From assembly GCA_965215185.1 (NCBI GenBank), contig OZ244034.1, forward strand, positions 2,048,001-2,112,000: 64,000 nt of DNA, given 5' to 3'. Shown piece by piece: positions 10,078-19,185 of the stretch (its first letter is position 1; each line of letters begins with the position of its first letter). The stretch is from Acidimicrobiia bacterium. Its GTDB lineage: Bacteria > Actinomycetota > Acidimicrobiia > Spongiisociales > ZC4RG35. The notes beneath the pieces are model-generated. The model was not told the DNA's origin. It saw only the letters and a program-made list of their open reading frames with translations, and ran no database searches. Made by a program: the position numbers and the translations under genes.

Positions 10078-11106
10078 ATGTCTGGGATGCGTTCCTTACT
10101 TTTCCACGGCCCCGAGCAACCCCCCGAGCGACGGTTCACCGTCGAGCACGTCCCGATGCCGGACCCCGGACCGGGCGAAGTACGTATCAGGGTGGCCGAG
10201 GTTGGTCTGTGCGGAAGCGACCTCCACGGCTATACCGGCGAGTCGGGCCGCAGAGTCGCGGGAATGGTGATGGGACATGAAGCCAGCGGCTGGATCGACA
10301 CGCTGGGCGACGGTGTGTCGGGACCGGCGCCGGGAACCCTGGTCACCTTCAACCCAGCACTGCCGTGCGACGGGTCATGCGGACATGTAATCGAGAGTCG
10401 ATGTGAACTACTGGAGGTGGTGGGTGTAACCCCTCATATCGTTGGCGCCTTCGCTGACTACCTGGTGATCAGAGCCGATCGGATTGTTCCGATACCCGAT
10501 CTGACCCCCACCCAGGGTGCGGTGATCGAGCCCCTGGCGGTGGGATTGCATGCCGCTATGCAGCTCGGCGCCCAGGCGGATGACCGGGTGCTGGTGGTGG
10601 GAGGGGGAATGATCGGTCAGTGCACAGCCCATGCCATCCGTTCCCTCGGCGCTGGTGAGATAGTGATTTCCGAGCCCCATCCCCGACGGCGTTCGATAGC
10701 GGAAGCGGCGGGATTCACCACTCTTCATCCGGACGAAGTCCAAGCAGCAGCTCCATTCGACCGAGCGATGGATGCGGTGGCGATCTCGGCCACGGTGAAA
10801 GCAGCCCTCGACGCCGTCCCCAAGGGAGGGGTGGTGTGCATAGTCGGGCTGGGTATGCCCCAGGTGACGGTTCCTCTCTTCTCGATCGTGGTCGGCGAAC
10901 GAATCGTGGTCGGCTCCTACTGCTACTCTGACGCCACTTTCATCGACGCCGCCCGCAGACTCGCCGAAGGAAGCCTGGATCCCAGTGCCCTGATCGGACC
11001 GACCGTCAGCATGGAGGACTTCCCGCAAGCCTTCGAGGACCTGGCCACCGGGACTCTCTCGGAGGTAAAAGTGCTGATGACCACCGAAGAACCCAACGGC
11101 GGATAG
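10078..11106 (+). CDS. Zn-dependent alcohol/sugar dehydrogenase (MDR family)
   Basis: GLCGSDLH, GHE.SG, EPLAV, V.GGG.IG. Start moved to ATG 10078 because the track extension overlaps the FAH gene. Confidence 0.88.
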   Translation: MSGMRSLLFHGPEQPPERRFTVEHVPMPDPGPGEVRIRVAEVGLCGSDLHGYTGESGRRVAGMVMGHEASGWIDTLGDGVSGPAPGTLVTFNPALPCDGSCGHVIESRCELLEVVGVTPHIVGAFADYLVIRADRIVPIPDLTPTQGAVIEPLAVGLHAAMQLGAQADDRVLVVGGGMIGQCTAHAIRSLGAGEIVISEPHPRRRSIAEAAGFTTLHPDEVQAAAPFDRAMDAVAISATVKAALDAVPKGGVVCIVGLGMPQVTVPLFSIVVGERIVVGSYCYSDATFIDAARRLAEGSLDPSALIGPTVSMEDFPQAFEDLATGTLSEVKVLMTTEEPNGG

Positions 11107-11107
11107 C

Positions 11108-11932
11108 ATGCCCTTTGCCACTCTCCCAACCGGGATAGAGATGTTCTACCAGGTGGAGGGAACTGGCGAGCCTCTCCTGCTGATAATGGGCACCGCGGCA
11201 GACCACACTCCCTGGGCCCGGCAAGTGGAAGATTACCAGGATCATTTCACCGTTATCACCTACGATGCCCGCGGGACGGGCCGCTCGACACATCCGCCCG
11301 ACCCTCGCACCTACTCCATGCGAGTCTTGGCGGATGACGCGGCGGCGCTCCTGGATCATCTGGATATGGGGCCCGCCCACATCTCCGGGCTGTCACTCGG
11401 CAGCGCCACCGCCCAGGAAATTGCCATCAACCACCAAGAAAAGGTGAAATCGGTCCAATTGCACTGCACTTGGGGATACTCCGATCAGTGGTTTTGCCGG
11501 ATGATCGACTCCATGGAATTCATGGTGGCCAACAATGATTTCGAGGCCTACATCCGCTGCGCATTGATGTGGGTGGCCAGTCCTGACTTCATCAACAATC
11601 GGCCCGAGGATGTGCAGGCGTTTGAAACCGGGTTCATCCTGGAGAATCCCTATCCGCCCTCCAAGGAGGGGATGATGGGGCACTTTTGGGCCGACAAGAC
11701 CCACAACACCCTTGATCGGCTCTCGCTCATCACCGTCCCCACCCTGATCACCTCGGGGGAGATGGATCATCAGGTCCCCACCCGTTACGGACGCCAGGTG
11801 GCGGATCGCATCCCCCACTCCACACTGCACATCTTCAAGGGTGAACGCTCCAGCCACATCGCCTTCCACGAGATGCCCGAAGAGTGGAACGCCTACACCC
11901 TGGACTGGATGAAACGTCACACCGACCAATGA
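11108..11932 (+). CDS. Alpha/beta hydrolase
   Basis: YD.RG.GRS, GLSLG nucleophile elbow, G..D, SSH; starts 1 nt after the upstream stop. Confidence 0.9.
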   Translation: MPFATLPTGIEMFYQVEGTGEPLLLIMGTAADHTPWARQVEDYQDHFTVITYDARGTGRSTHPPDPRTYSMRVLADDAAALLDHLDMGPAHISGLSLGSATAQEIAINHQEKVKSVQLHCTWGYSDQWFCRMIDSMEFMVANNDFEAYIRCALMWVASPDFINNRPEDVQAFETGFILENPYPPSKEGMMGHFWADKTHNTLDRLSLITVPTLITSGEMDHQVPTRYGRQVADRIPHSTLHIFKGERSSHIAFHEMPEEWNAYTLDWMKRHTDQ

Positions 11933-12227
11933 GACACCCGGCCAATCGACCTTCTCACCCACCAGAGGACACCCTGGGTAGATGAGAGCCGACGCCGCAC
12001 ACGGGGCACAACTTTTCTTTCGCCAACCTCCGGTATTTGACAAAAGAAAAGTTTCGGCAGTGAGACTCTCCCATTCGGGCCGATGCCCCACCTCCACCTT
12101 GCCATGGGTCAGGGGAAGCCGCGTCCAGCCGCAACCGGGTTGGATTCTTCGGACAGTCTTAATCCCTCGAAACGGTCCGAACGACGCCGGAACGGACCGT
12201 TTTGGTGTTTAGGTCCCTGTCAACTTA

Positions 12228-12241
12228 GGTATATAAGTCCC
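12228..12241 (-). repeat. Solo IS1595-like terminal inverted repeat end
   Basis: Minus strand reads GGGACTTATATACC, similar to the cassette ends GGGCTTATATAC and GGGACCTATATAC. No partner end found. Confidence 0.4.
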
Positions 12242-12285
12242 TATTGAAACGCACCTGCGGTAGCGTGCGAGATGACGTGCTCCAA

Positions 12286-13173
12286 ATGGCCAAGACCCGG
12301 ATAAGCGACTCTGTGGCGGGGCTGTTCGCTCACGGCGAGCGACCCCTTCAGGACACGGCCCATTTCGCCGGAGACCCCGGCCTATGCGGTCCTGGCTCGG
12401 TGAGTTGGAAGGTCGTTGGAGACATCTCTGCCTTCCTGGGGGGAATCCGGGCCCTGCTCATTCAATCCGCCCATCCCGAGGTTGTTGCCGGTGTGGAGGA
12501 TCACAGCCGTTACCGGGAAGATCCACTGGGACGGCTCAACCGCACCTCCTTTTTCGTTACCACCGCCACCTTCGGCGCCATGCCGGAGGTTGACAGGGCC
12601 GTCAATCGGGTCCGCGCCGTCCATCAAGGTGTAACGGGCCTGTCGTCTCGGAACCGTCCCTACAACGCTTCCATGCCGGACTTGGCGGCGTGGGTGCACA
12701 ACACCCTCACCGAATCCTTTCTAGTGGCGTACCAGGAGTTCGGTCCAGGACTCACCACTGCCCAAGCGGACCGGTTTGTAGCGGAGCAGACCCGAATCGG
12801 GGCGATAATGGGCGCCGACCCTCTCCCCGAGACCGCCGCCGAACTCATAGAGTGGGTCCGATTTCATCCGACGCTCGAGCCCAGTCCCGGAATGGATGGC
12901 GCAGTGAGTTTTCTGCGTCAGCCTCCCATCCCGACACCCCAAAGATGGGGTTATCACGTGTTGATGCAGGGAGCGATCACCACCATCCCTCCGGAGATTC
13001 GGAAGGTCCTCGGTCTGAAGGCCAGATCCGGTGCCCGGCGGAGTGCGGTCGCCCTGAGCGGGGGGCTTCGGTGGGCGATGCGCAACAGCCCGGCGTGGAG
13101 AGCATCGCTTGAGCGTTGCGGCGAGTCATACGATCCGAACAAGTTCCGCCGATTCCCGGTCACAACCCGTTGA
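12286..13173 (+). CDS. Oxygenase MpaB / DUF2236 family protein
   Basis: GDPGL.GPGSVSW.V, GG.RALL.Q.AHP.V.AGV.DHS.YR.DP.GRL.RT, WVH. Start uncertain (12244-12286). Confidence 0.85.
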   Translation: MAKTRISDSVAGLFAHGERPLQDTAHFAGDPGLCGPGSVSWKVVGDISAFLGGIRALLIQSAHPEVVAGVEDHSRYREDPLGRLNRTSFFVTTATFGAMPEVDRAVNRVRAVHQGVTGLSSRNRPYNASMPDLAAWVHNTLTESFLVAYQEFGPGLTTAQADRFVAEQTRIGAIMGADPLPETAAELIEWVRFHPTLEPSPGMDGAVSFLRQPPIPTPQRWGYHVLMQGAITTIPPEIRKVLGLKARSGARRSAVALSGGLRWAMRNSPAWRASLERCGESYDPNKFRRFPVTTR

Positions 13174-13373
13174 TCCGACCGCGACATTCTGGCGACCCGG
13201 CGTCTTCCGGCCATTGAAAGACATCTGGCCAAGGTCATGTCCTCGACGCTGCATCTGAACACAGATTCGCACCCCGTGCAAGTGACCAATCTGGAGCAAA
13301 CTAAAATATCGCCACAGCTAAGGGCGTTTTTGCTCTTTCTGACCAAGTTCTCTAAGAAAGATCACAGCTGACA

Positions 13374-14249
13374 GTGAAATACCGAGCACCGACCACCATC
13401 AAGGATGCCGTGGCATTGTTGGCTTCCAATCCCGCCGCCCGGGTGTTTGCCGGCGCCACGGACCTGATCCCCCAGTTCCAAGGCGGTCGTCCTGAGCCGT
13501 CGATGATGGTGGACATCAAGCGGATTCCCAAGACCACCCTGCTTGAGAGTCAGGACGGCATTTGGCGGGTGGGAGCGGCCGTCCCCGCGGTTCGCCTGAC
13601 CTCCCACCCGGCACTGGCCGCGGCATTCCCCGGTCTGGTCGAGGGAGCGGGTCTGATCGGATCCGACCAGATCCAGGGACGCGCAACCTTGGGTGGAAAC
13701 CTTTGCAACGCCTCCCCCGCCGCCGATTCCGTTCCCACCTTGGTCGCTCTTCGAGCGGAGGCGGTCATCGTCGGCCCGGGAGGGGAACGTTCCGTTCCGG
13801 TGTCAGAAGTGGTAATCGGCCCGGGAGCCACCTCCCTCAATCAGGCCGAGTTCATCATCGAATTTCGGATCCCCGCTCCCGTTCGGGGGTCCTCCGACGC
13901 CTACGAAAGGTTCATCCCCCGCACCGAAATGGACATCGCGGTGGTGGGGGCGGCGGCCCGGATCCGATTGGATGCCGACGGCAAGTGCCGGGAAGCGACG
14001 GTGGTGCTGGGAGCGGTGGCCCCCACCGTGGTGGAGATGACCGCCGCTACTGAGATCCTGAAGGGACTGGAAATCCCCGAGGACTCTCCGGATGACCCGA
14101 TCTGGACCCAACTGGGCGATGCGGCGGTCTCATGTTGCAACCCGATCGACGACAAGCGCGGCACTGCCGAGTTCCGGCGCCGGGTAGCAGGAGTTCTGGC
14201 GCGCAGGACAGTCATTACTGCCAGCAAGCGCGCCAAGGAGGCCTCATGA
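13374..14249 (+). CDS. Molybdenum hydroxylase FAD-binding subunit (CoxM/XdhB-like)
   Basis: AGATDL, QI..RAT.GGNLCNASPAAD, PIDDKRGT.EFRR. Confidence 0.92.
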   Translation: MKYRAPTTIKDAVALLASNPAARVFAGATDLIPQFQGGRPEPSMMVDIKRIPKTTLLESQDGIWRVGAAVPAVRLTSHPALAAAFPGLVEGAGLIGSDQIQGRATLGGNLCNASPAADSVPTLVALRAEAVIVGPGGERSVPVSEVVIGPGATSLNQAEFIIEFRIPAPVRGSSDAYERFIPRTEMDIAVVGAAARIRLDADGKCREATVVLGAVAPTVVEMTAATEILKGLEIPEDSPDDPIWTQLGDAAVSCCNPIDDKRGTAEFRRRVAGVLARRTVITASKRAKEAS

Positions 14250-14743
14250 GCAGGACTTACGTCACATGCATGGTCAACGAAGACCCTATCGACTTTCTGT
14301 GCCACGACAGCCAGACCCTGCTCAGCGCCCTCCGCGACGAGTTGGGGATGACCGGCACCAAGGAGGGCTGTGGAACAGGAGACTGCGGCGCCTGTTCGGT
14401 GATCCTCGATGGGCAACTGGTTTGCTCCTGTTTGGTGTTCGCCCCCGAGGTGGAGGGCCGCACTGTCGAGACCATTGAAGGCCTGGCAAGAAGGGACCGC
14501 CTTCACCCGCTGCAAGATGGTTTTCTGGAAGGAGCGGCTCTGCAATGTGGCGTGTGCACCCCTGGGTTCCTCATGGCTGCCAAGGCCTTGTTGGACCGCA
14601 ACCCTTCTCCCACCGAGACCGAGGTGCGCTACGGGGTGGCCGGGAACCTGTGCCGCTGTACCGGATACGACAAAATCGTCCGCTCCATTCTGGATGCCGC
14701 CGCCCGGATGAGAGAACAACACACCCAAGAGGAGAACACATGA
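14246..14743 (+). CDS. Molybdenum hydroxylase [2Fe-2S] subunit (CoxS-like)
   Basis: GC.TGDCGAC, QCG.CTPG, GNLCRCTGY; ATGA overlap with RBS AAGGAGG. Confidence 0.93.
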   Translation: MSRTYVTCMVNEDPIDFLCHDSQTLLSALRDELGMTGTKEGCGTGDCGACSVILDGQLVCSCLVFAPEVEGRTVETIEGLARRDRLHPLQDGFLEGAALQCGVCTPGFLMAAKALLDRNPSPTETEVRYGVAGNLCRCTGYDKIVRSILDAAARMREQHTQEENT

Positions 14744-16992
14744 CCACCAAAACCGGTTACAAATGGGTGGGAACTCGCCCGATACGTCATGACGGGCTCG
14801 ACAAGGTCACCGGACGGGCCCGGTTCGGAGCAGACTTCGCCATAGCCGGGATGCTTCACGGAGCGGTGCTGCGCAGTCCCCACGCCCATGCCCGCATCCT
14901 CTCGATCGACTTGTCCGAAGCGTTGACTCTCCCCGGGGTGAAAGCGATCATCACCGGAAGCGACCTGCCCGACCTCGGCGACGAGAAGGTCGAGGGTGGT
15001 GAGGGTGACGCGACCTACCGGGACCTATCTCGCAATATTCTGGCGCGCGACAAAGTGCTCTACGAGGGACACCCGGTGGCGGCGGTGGCGGCGGTCACCC
15101 TCCGCATCGCCAAACAAGCCGCCCAGCTCATTCAGGTGAGGTACGAGGTTCTGCCTCCCGTGCTTTCCCTGGGGGAGGCTATGGCGGAAGGCGCTCTTCC
15201 GATACATGACGATCTGTTCACGTCCGGACTCGACTCACCTCCCGAACAGGCCTCCAACATCGCCGCTCGCCACGTGATCAGCCGCGGGGACCTCGCAACC
15301 GGTTGGGCCGACGCCGAGGTGATCGTGGAACAGGAATACTCGACCAAAGCAGTGCATCAGGGCTACATAGAGCCTCATGCCGTTGTTGCCCAGGTAAACG
15401 AGGACGGAAGGTCGACGCTGTGGTGCTCCTCACAGGGGCATTTCGTAATACGCGCCCTCACCGCCAAGGTGCTGGGCTGGGAAACCGGCGACATGAAAGT
15501 GATCCCGGCCGAGATCGGGGGAGGCTTTGGGGGAAAAACCACCGTGTACCTGGAGCCCTTGGCCGCATTGCTGTCACGCCGGGCTGGCCGGCCGGTGAAG
15601 ATGGTGATGACCCGAGACGAGGTGTTCCGGGCCACGGGCCCCACCTCCGGGGCGGTGATGAGAATCAAGATGGGCGCCCGTCGCGACGGTAAGCTGGTGG
15701 CCGCCACCGCCTGGATGGCCTACGAGGCAGGCGCTTTCCCGGGATCGCCGATCGGACCGGGCGTTATGACTGTTTTTGCTCCCTACGACATCCCCAACGT
15801 ACTGATCGAGGGCTTTGACGTGGTTCTCAACAAGCCGAAGGTTGCCGCCTACCGAGCGCCGGGAGCTCCCATGGCAGCATTCGCCGCCGAATCGGTGATA
15901 GACGAATTGGCCGAGCAACTGGATATCGATCCCTTGGAGTTGCGGCTGCGGAACGCAGTCACCGAGGGGGTGCGGGCAGTGTACGGACCCAGGTACCGAA
16001 AGATCGGGCTGGTGGAGACTCTTGAGGCGGCGCGGGATCATCCTCACTACGCCGCGCCGCTCGGCCCTTGGCAGGGACGGGGAGTGGCTACCGGGTATTG
16101 GTTCAATTACGGAGGGGAGACCACCGCCACGGTGAGCATCAACCTGGACGGCACGGCAGTGGTCATGTCAGGTTGCCCTGACATCGGCGGCTCACGAGCC
16201 TCGCTGGCACTGATGGCCGCCGAGGAACTGGGGATCGACGTTTATCGTATCGAACCGGTGGTGGCCGACACCCACTCCATCGGATACAACGACCTGACCG
16301 GAGGGAGCCGGGTTACATTTGCGGTGGGCATTGCGGTGGTGCAGGCCGCCCGCCAGTTGATCGATGACATGTGCAGTCGGGCCGCCCGGATGTGGGATGT
16401 TCCACGGGAAGAAGTGGAGTGGGTGGACGGGCGAGCTCAGAGCGTCACCGGCGGTTTCCCGCCCCTCACCCTGGAAGAACTGGCCGCTGGATCGGCGGGC
16501 ACCGGAGGGCCGCTGTCGGCCACCAAGACGGTGAACCCCCGGGGGGTGGGGGTGGCGTTCTCCACCCAGATCTGTGATGTGGAGGTTGATCCCGACACCG
16601 GAAGGGTGACCGTCCTTCGCTACACGGTGACCCAGGACGCCGGGCGCGCTATCCATCCCGACTATGTGGAAGGGCAGATGCAGGGTGGAGCGGTGCAGGG
16701 CATCGGCTGGGCCCTGAACGAGGAGTACATTTTCGATCGGAAGGGGGTGATGGAAAACCCCGGTTTCTTGGATTATCGGATGCCGGTCGCCTCCGACTTG
16801 CCCATGATCGACACGGTGATCGTGGAAGTGCCCAATCCCGATCACCCTTACGGGGTGCGCGGAGTGGGCGAAGTCGGGATCGTCCCTCCCCTGGCGGCGG
16901 TGGCCAACGCCATCTATGCCGCCACCGGCAAGCGATTTCGGGAACTCCCTATGTCTCCGATAAGAGTGCTGGAGGCGTTATCTTCGGACTGA
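14740..16992 (+). CDS. Xanthine dehydrogenase-family molybdopterin-binding subunit
   Basis: DKVTG.A.F, RSPHAHA, GGGFGGK, AYRAPG, GGSR, GQ.QGG..QG.G.AL, GVGE...P..A.ANA. The loop is not the CO dehydrogenase AYRCSFR. Confidence 0.93.
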   Translation: MTTKTGYKWVGTRPIRHDGLDKVTGRARFGADFAIAGMLHGAVLRSPHAHARILSIDLSEALTLPGVKAIITGSDLPDLGDEKVEGGEGDATYRDLSRNILARDKVLYEGHPVAAVAAVTLRIAKQAAQLIQVRYEVLPPVLSLGEAMAEGALPIHDDLFTSGLDSPPEQASNIAARHVISRGDLATGWADAEVIVEQEYSTKAVHQGYIEPHAVVAQVNEDGRSTLWCSSQGHFVIRALTAKVLGWETGDMKVIPAEIGGGFGGKTTVYLEPLAALLSRRAGRPVKMVMTRDEVFRATGPTSGAVMRIKMGARRDGKLVAATAWMAYEAGAFPGSPIGPGVMTVFAPYDIPNVLIEGFDVVLNKPKVAAYRAPGAPMAAFAAESVIDELAEQLDIDPLELRLRNAVTEGVRAVYGPRYRKIGLVETLEAARDHPHYAAPLGPWQGRGVATGYWFNYGGETTATVSINLDGTAVVMSGCPDIGGSRASLALMAAEELGIDVYRIEPVVADTHSIGYNDLTGGSRVTFAVGIAVVQAARQLIDDMCSRAARMWDVPREEVEWVDGRAQSVTGGFPPLTLEELAAGSAGTGGPLSATKTVNPRGVGVAFSTQICDVEVDPDTGRVTVLRYTVTQDAGRAIHPDYVEGQMQGGAVQGIGWALNEEYIFDRKGVMENPGFLDYRMPVASDLPMIDTVIVEVPNPDHPYGVRGVGEVGIVPPLAAVANAIYAATGKRFRELPMSPIRVLEALSSD

Positions 16993-17234
16993 TGGCCCAG
17001 GTCTTCTTTCCCACCGCCCTGCGACAACTCACCGCCGGGGTGAAGGAGTGTGAAGTGGAGGCCTCCACGATGAGGGAACTCGCTACCCGCTTGGAGGAAC
17101 GCTACCCCGGCATCGGCGTGCAACTGAGGTCGGCGGCGGTGGTCATCGACGGCGACATTGTCCCGGGCGCTTGGCTGGAGAGGCTGGAACCGGACAGCGA
17201 GATTCATTTCCTCCCAGCCCTCAGCGGGGGCTAG
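16992..17234 (+). CDS. MoaD/ThiS family sulfur carrier
   Basis: 80 aa ubiquitin-like, ends FLPALSGG. Confidence 0.88.
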   Translation: MAQVFFPTALRQLTAGVKECEVEASTMRELATRLEERYPGIGVQLRSAAVVIDGDIVPGAWLERLEPDSEIHFLPALSGG

Positions 17235-17243
17235 GCAACCGGG

Positions 17244-18251
17244 GTGGAAAAGCCTTCCCTCCTGGTGTATGGGGACGCTTCGGTCGATATCAGCCTCCGC
17301 ATCGCATACCTTCCCGCCGCCGGACTGGATAGCCCGGCTAGTGACCCGCTGGTGACCGTTGGAGGAGCGGCGGCCAACCCTGCGGCGGTGGCCGCTCGGC
17401 TGGGCGCCCGGGTGAACCTGGTGGCCCGGGTGGGTAACGACCTCTTCACGGACCTCATCACTGAAGACCTGGTTTGGCATGGGGTGGGAATTTCGGGGGT
17501 GCAGATCACCGAAGGGCCATCGGCTCTGGTCGTGGCGCTGATCGATCCTGGCGGACAGCGCACCTTCGTCTCTTCCCGCGGGCCGGCTCGTGGCCTGGTC
17601 GCTTCCGACACCTATCTTCCCCTTCTCGACGAAGCAAGCATGGTCCACCTGATCGGCTACTGCTTCCAAGACTCAGGCTCCCGGTCGACTGCCCTCCATC
17701 TGCGAGACGAGGCCCGCAGCAGGGGAATCCCCATATCCCTCGACCCCTCCGCACTCTTTGCTGAGCGCTATCGGACGGAACTCGACTGGCTGGAAGACAT
17801 TGATTACCTGTTCCCCAGCCTCCAGGAGGCAACCGCCCTCACCGGCCTGACGTCCCCAAGAGATGCGGCCCTGCAACTTCTGGGTTTGGGAGTAAAGACG
17901 GTGGTGATAACAATGGGGGCGAAAGGGTGTTTGATTCAGGACAGAAAGGGCGCCTCGCTCATCCCGGCGGTCACCGATTTTCCGGTGGTGGACACCAACG
18001 GCGCCGGAGACGCTTTTGTCGGCGGGTTTTTGGGGGTGTTGCTGGCCGGAGGCTCTCCCGGCCAAGCCGCCAGAGTGGGCGCCTTGGTGGCCGCCCGGAT
18101 CATCACCGAGGCGGGCGCACACACGACCAGCCCATCCGTGGAGGAATTGCAGCGCCTGGCCGAGACCCTGGAGGATGAGAAGATGATAAAGGCTGTGGAG
18201 ATCCTGGCGGCGCCCCAGGACGCGGCGATGATGAAAGAGGTTGGAGGTTGA
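17244..18251 (+). CDS. PfkB-family carbohydrate kinase (putative pseudouridine kinase)
   Basis: GGAAAN.A..AARLG, VG.D..., T.G.KG, VDT.GAGDAF; overlaps psuG. Confidence 0.85.
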   Translation: MEKPSLLVYGDASVDISLRIAYLPAAGLDSPASDPLVTVGGAAANPAAVAARLGARVNLVARVGNDLFTDLITEDLVWHGVGISGVQITEGPSALVVALIDPGGQRTFVSSRGPARGLVASDTYLPLLDEASMVHLIGYCFQDSGSRSTALHLRDEARSRGIPISLDPSALFAERYRTELDWLEDIDYLFPSLQEATALTGLTSPRDAALQLLGLGVKTVVITMGAKGCLIQDRKGASLIPAVTDFPVVDTNGAGDAFVGGFLGVLLAGGSPGQAARVGALVAARIITEAGAHTTSPSVEELQRLAETLEDEKMIKAVEILAAPQDAAMMKEVGG

Positions 18252-19162
18252 TGGAAGCTCCTATCCGTTTGGGGGAAGAGGTCCGAGAGACGCTTCGGGC
18301 GGGGGGACCGGTGGTGGCGCTTGAGACCAGCATCGTCACCCAGGGTATGCCCTATCCCACCAATCTGGAGACCGCTCGGGCCACCCAGGATGCTGTGCGC
18401 CGTGGCGGCGCCGTGCCCGCCCTGATCGGGGTGTTGGGGGGAGAATTGGTGTGCGGGTTGACCGAGGACGAGTTGGAACGCCTGGGAACTTCCCCGAAGG
18501 CCGTCAAGGTCCAGAAGAGAGACTTGCCCCGCATCATCGCCGAAGGAGGGGACGGAGGGGTGACGGTGGGCGCCTCCCTGTTCGCGGCCGCCCACTGCGG
18601 GATCGAAGTGTTCGTGACAGGAGGCATCGGGGGGGTATCCCCGGGAGCGGGGACCTCGTTCGATATCTCCGCCGACCTCTGGGCGATCGCCTCCCATCCA
18701 TGCATCACGGTATGCGCCGGGACCAAAGCGTTCATGGATGTGGCGGCAACCTTGGAATACCTGGAAACGATCTCTGTGCCGGTGGCGGTGTGGAGGTCCC
18801 GCAGCTTCCCCTGGTTCTACAGCACCGACAGCGGGGTCGAAGTGGAGTGGAGGGTGGATGAGACTCTCCAGTTGGCCCGCGCCTTTCGGGTAGGCCGGCA
18901 GATGGGATGGAAGGGAGGAACCCTGCTGGGCGTTCCGATCCCCCCAGAGCACGCCTTGGACCCACAGACCACCCGGGATGCGGTGGCATACGCCTTGGGG
19001 GAACTGGAGAGACGGAAGATCTCAGGCAAGGAGGTAACTCCGTTCCTGCTTCAGGCCGTATTCGAGTACACCAGTGGCGCTTCTCTGGCAGCCAACACCG
19101 CCTTGATCCAAAACAATGCCATGGTCGGGGGCAAACTAGCCTTAGCTCTGGCCGGTTGCTGA
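18248..19162 (+). CDS. psuG: Pseudouridine-5'-phosphate glycosidase
   Basis: PVVALETSI...GMPYP.N, FVTGGIGGV, DISADL, TLEYLET, GKEVTPFLL, SL.AN.AL..NNA. Confidence 0.92.
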   Translation: MMEAPIRLGEEVRETLRAGGPVVALETSIVTQGMPYPTNLETARATQDAVRRGGAVPALIGVLGGELVCGLTEDELERLGTSPKAVKVQKRDLPRIIAEGGDGGVTVGASLFAAAHCGIEVFVTGGIGGVSPGAGTSFDISADLWAIASHPCITVCAGTKAFMDVAATLEYLETISVPVAVWRSRSFPWFYSTDSGVEVEWRVDETLQLARAFRVGRQMGWKGGTLLGVPIPPEHALDPQTTRDAVAYALGELERRKISGKEVTPFLLQAVFEYTSGASLAANTALIQNNAMVGGKLALALAGC

Positions 19163-19185
19163 CACCTGGAAGACTTCCTTCGTCT

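Noticed and set aside
14740-16992. Aerobic CO dehydrogenase (coxMSL order)
   Set aside because: The active-site loop is AYRAPG rather than AYRCSFR; only a generic Mo-hydroxylase call is supported.
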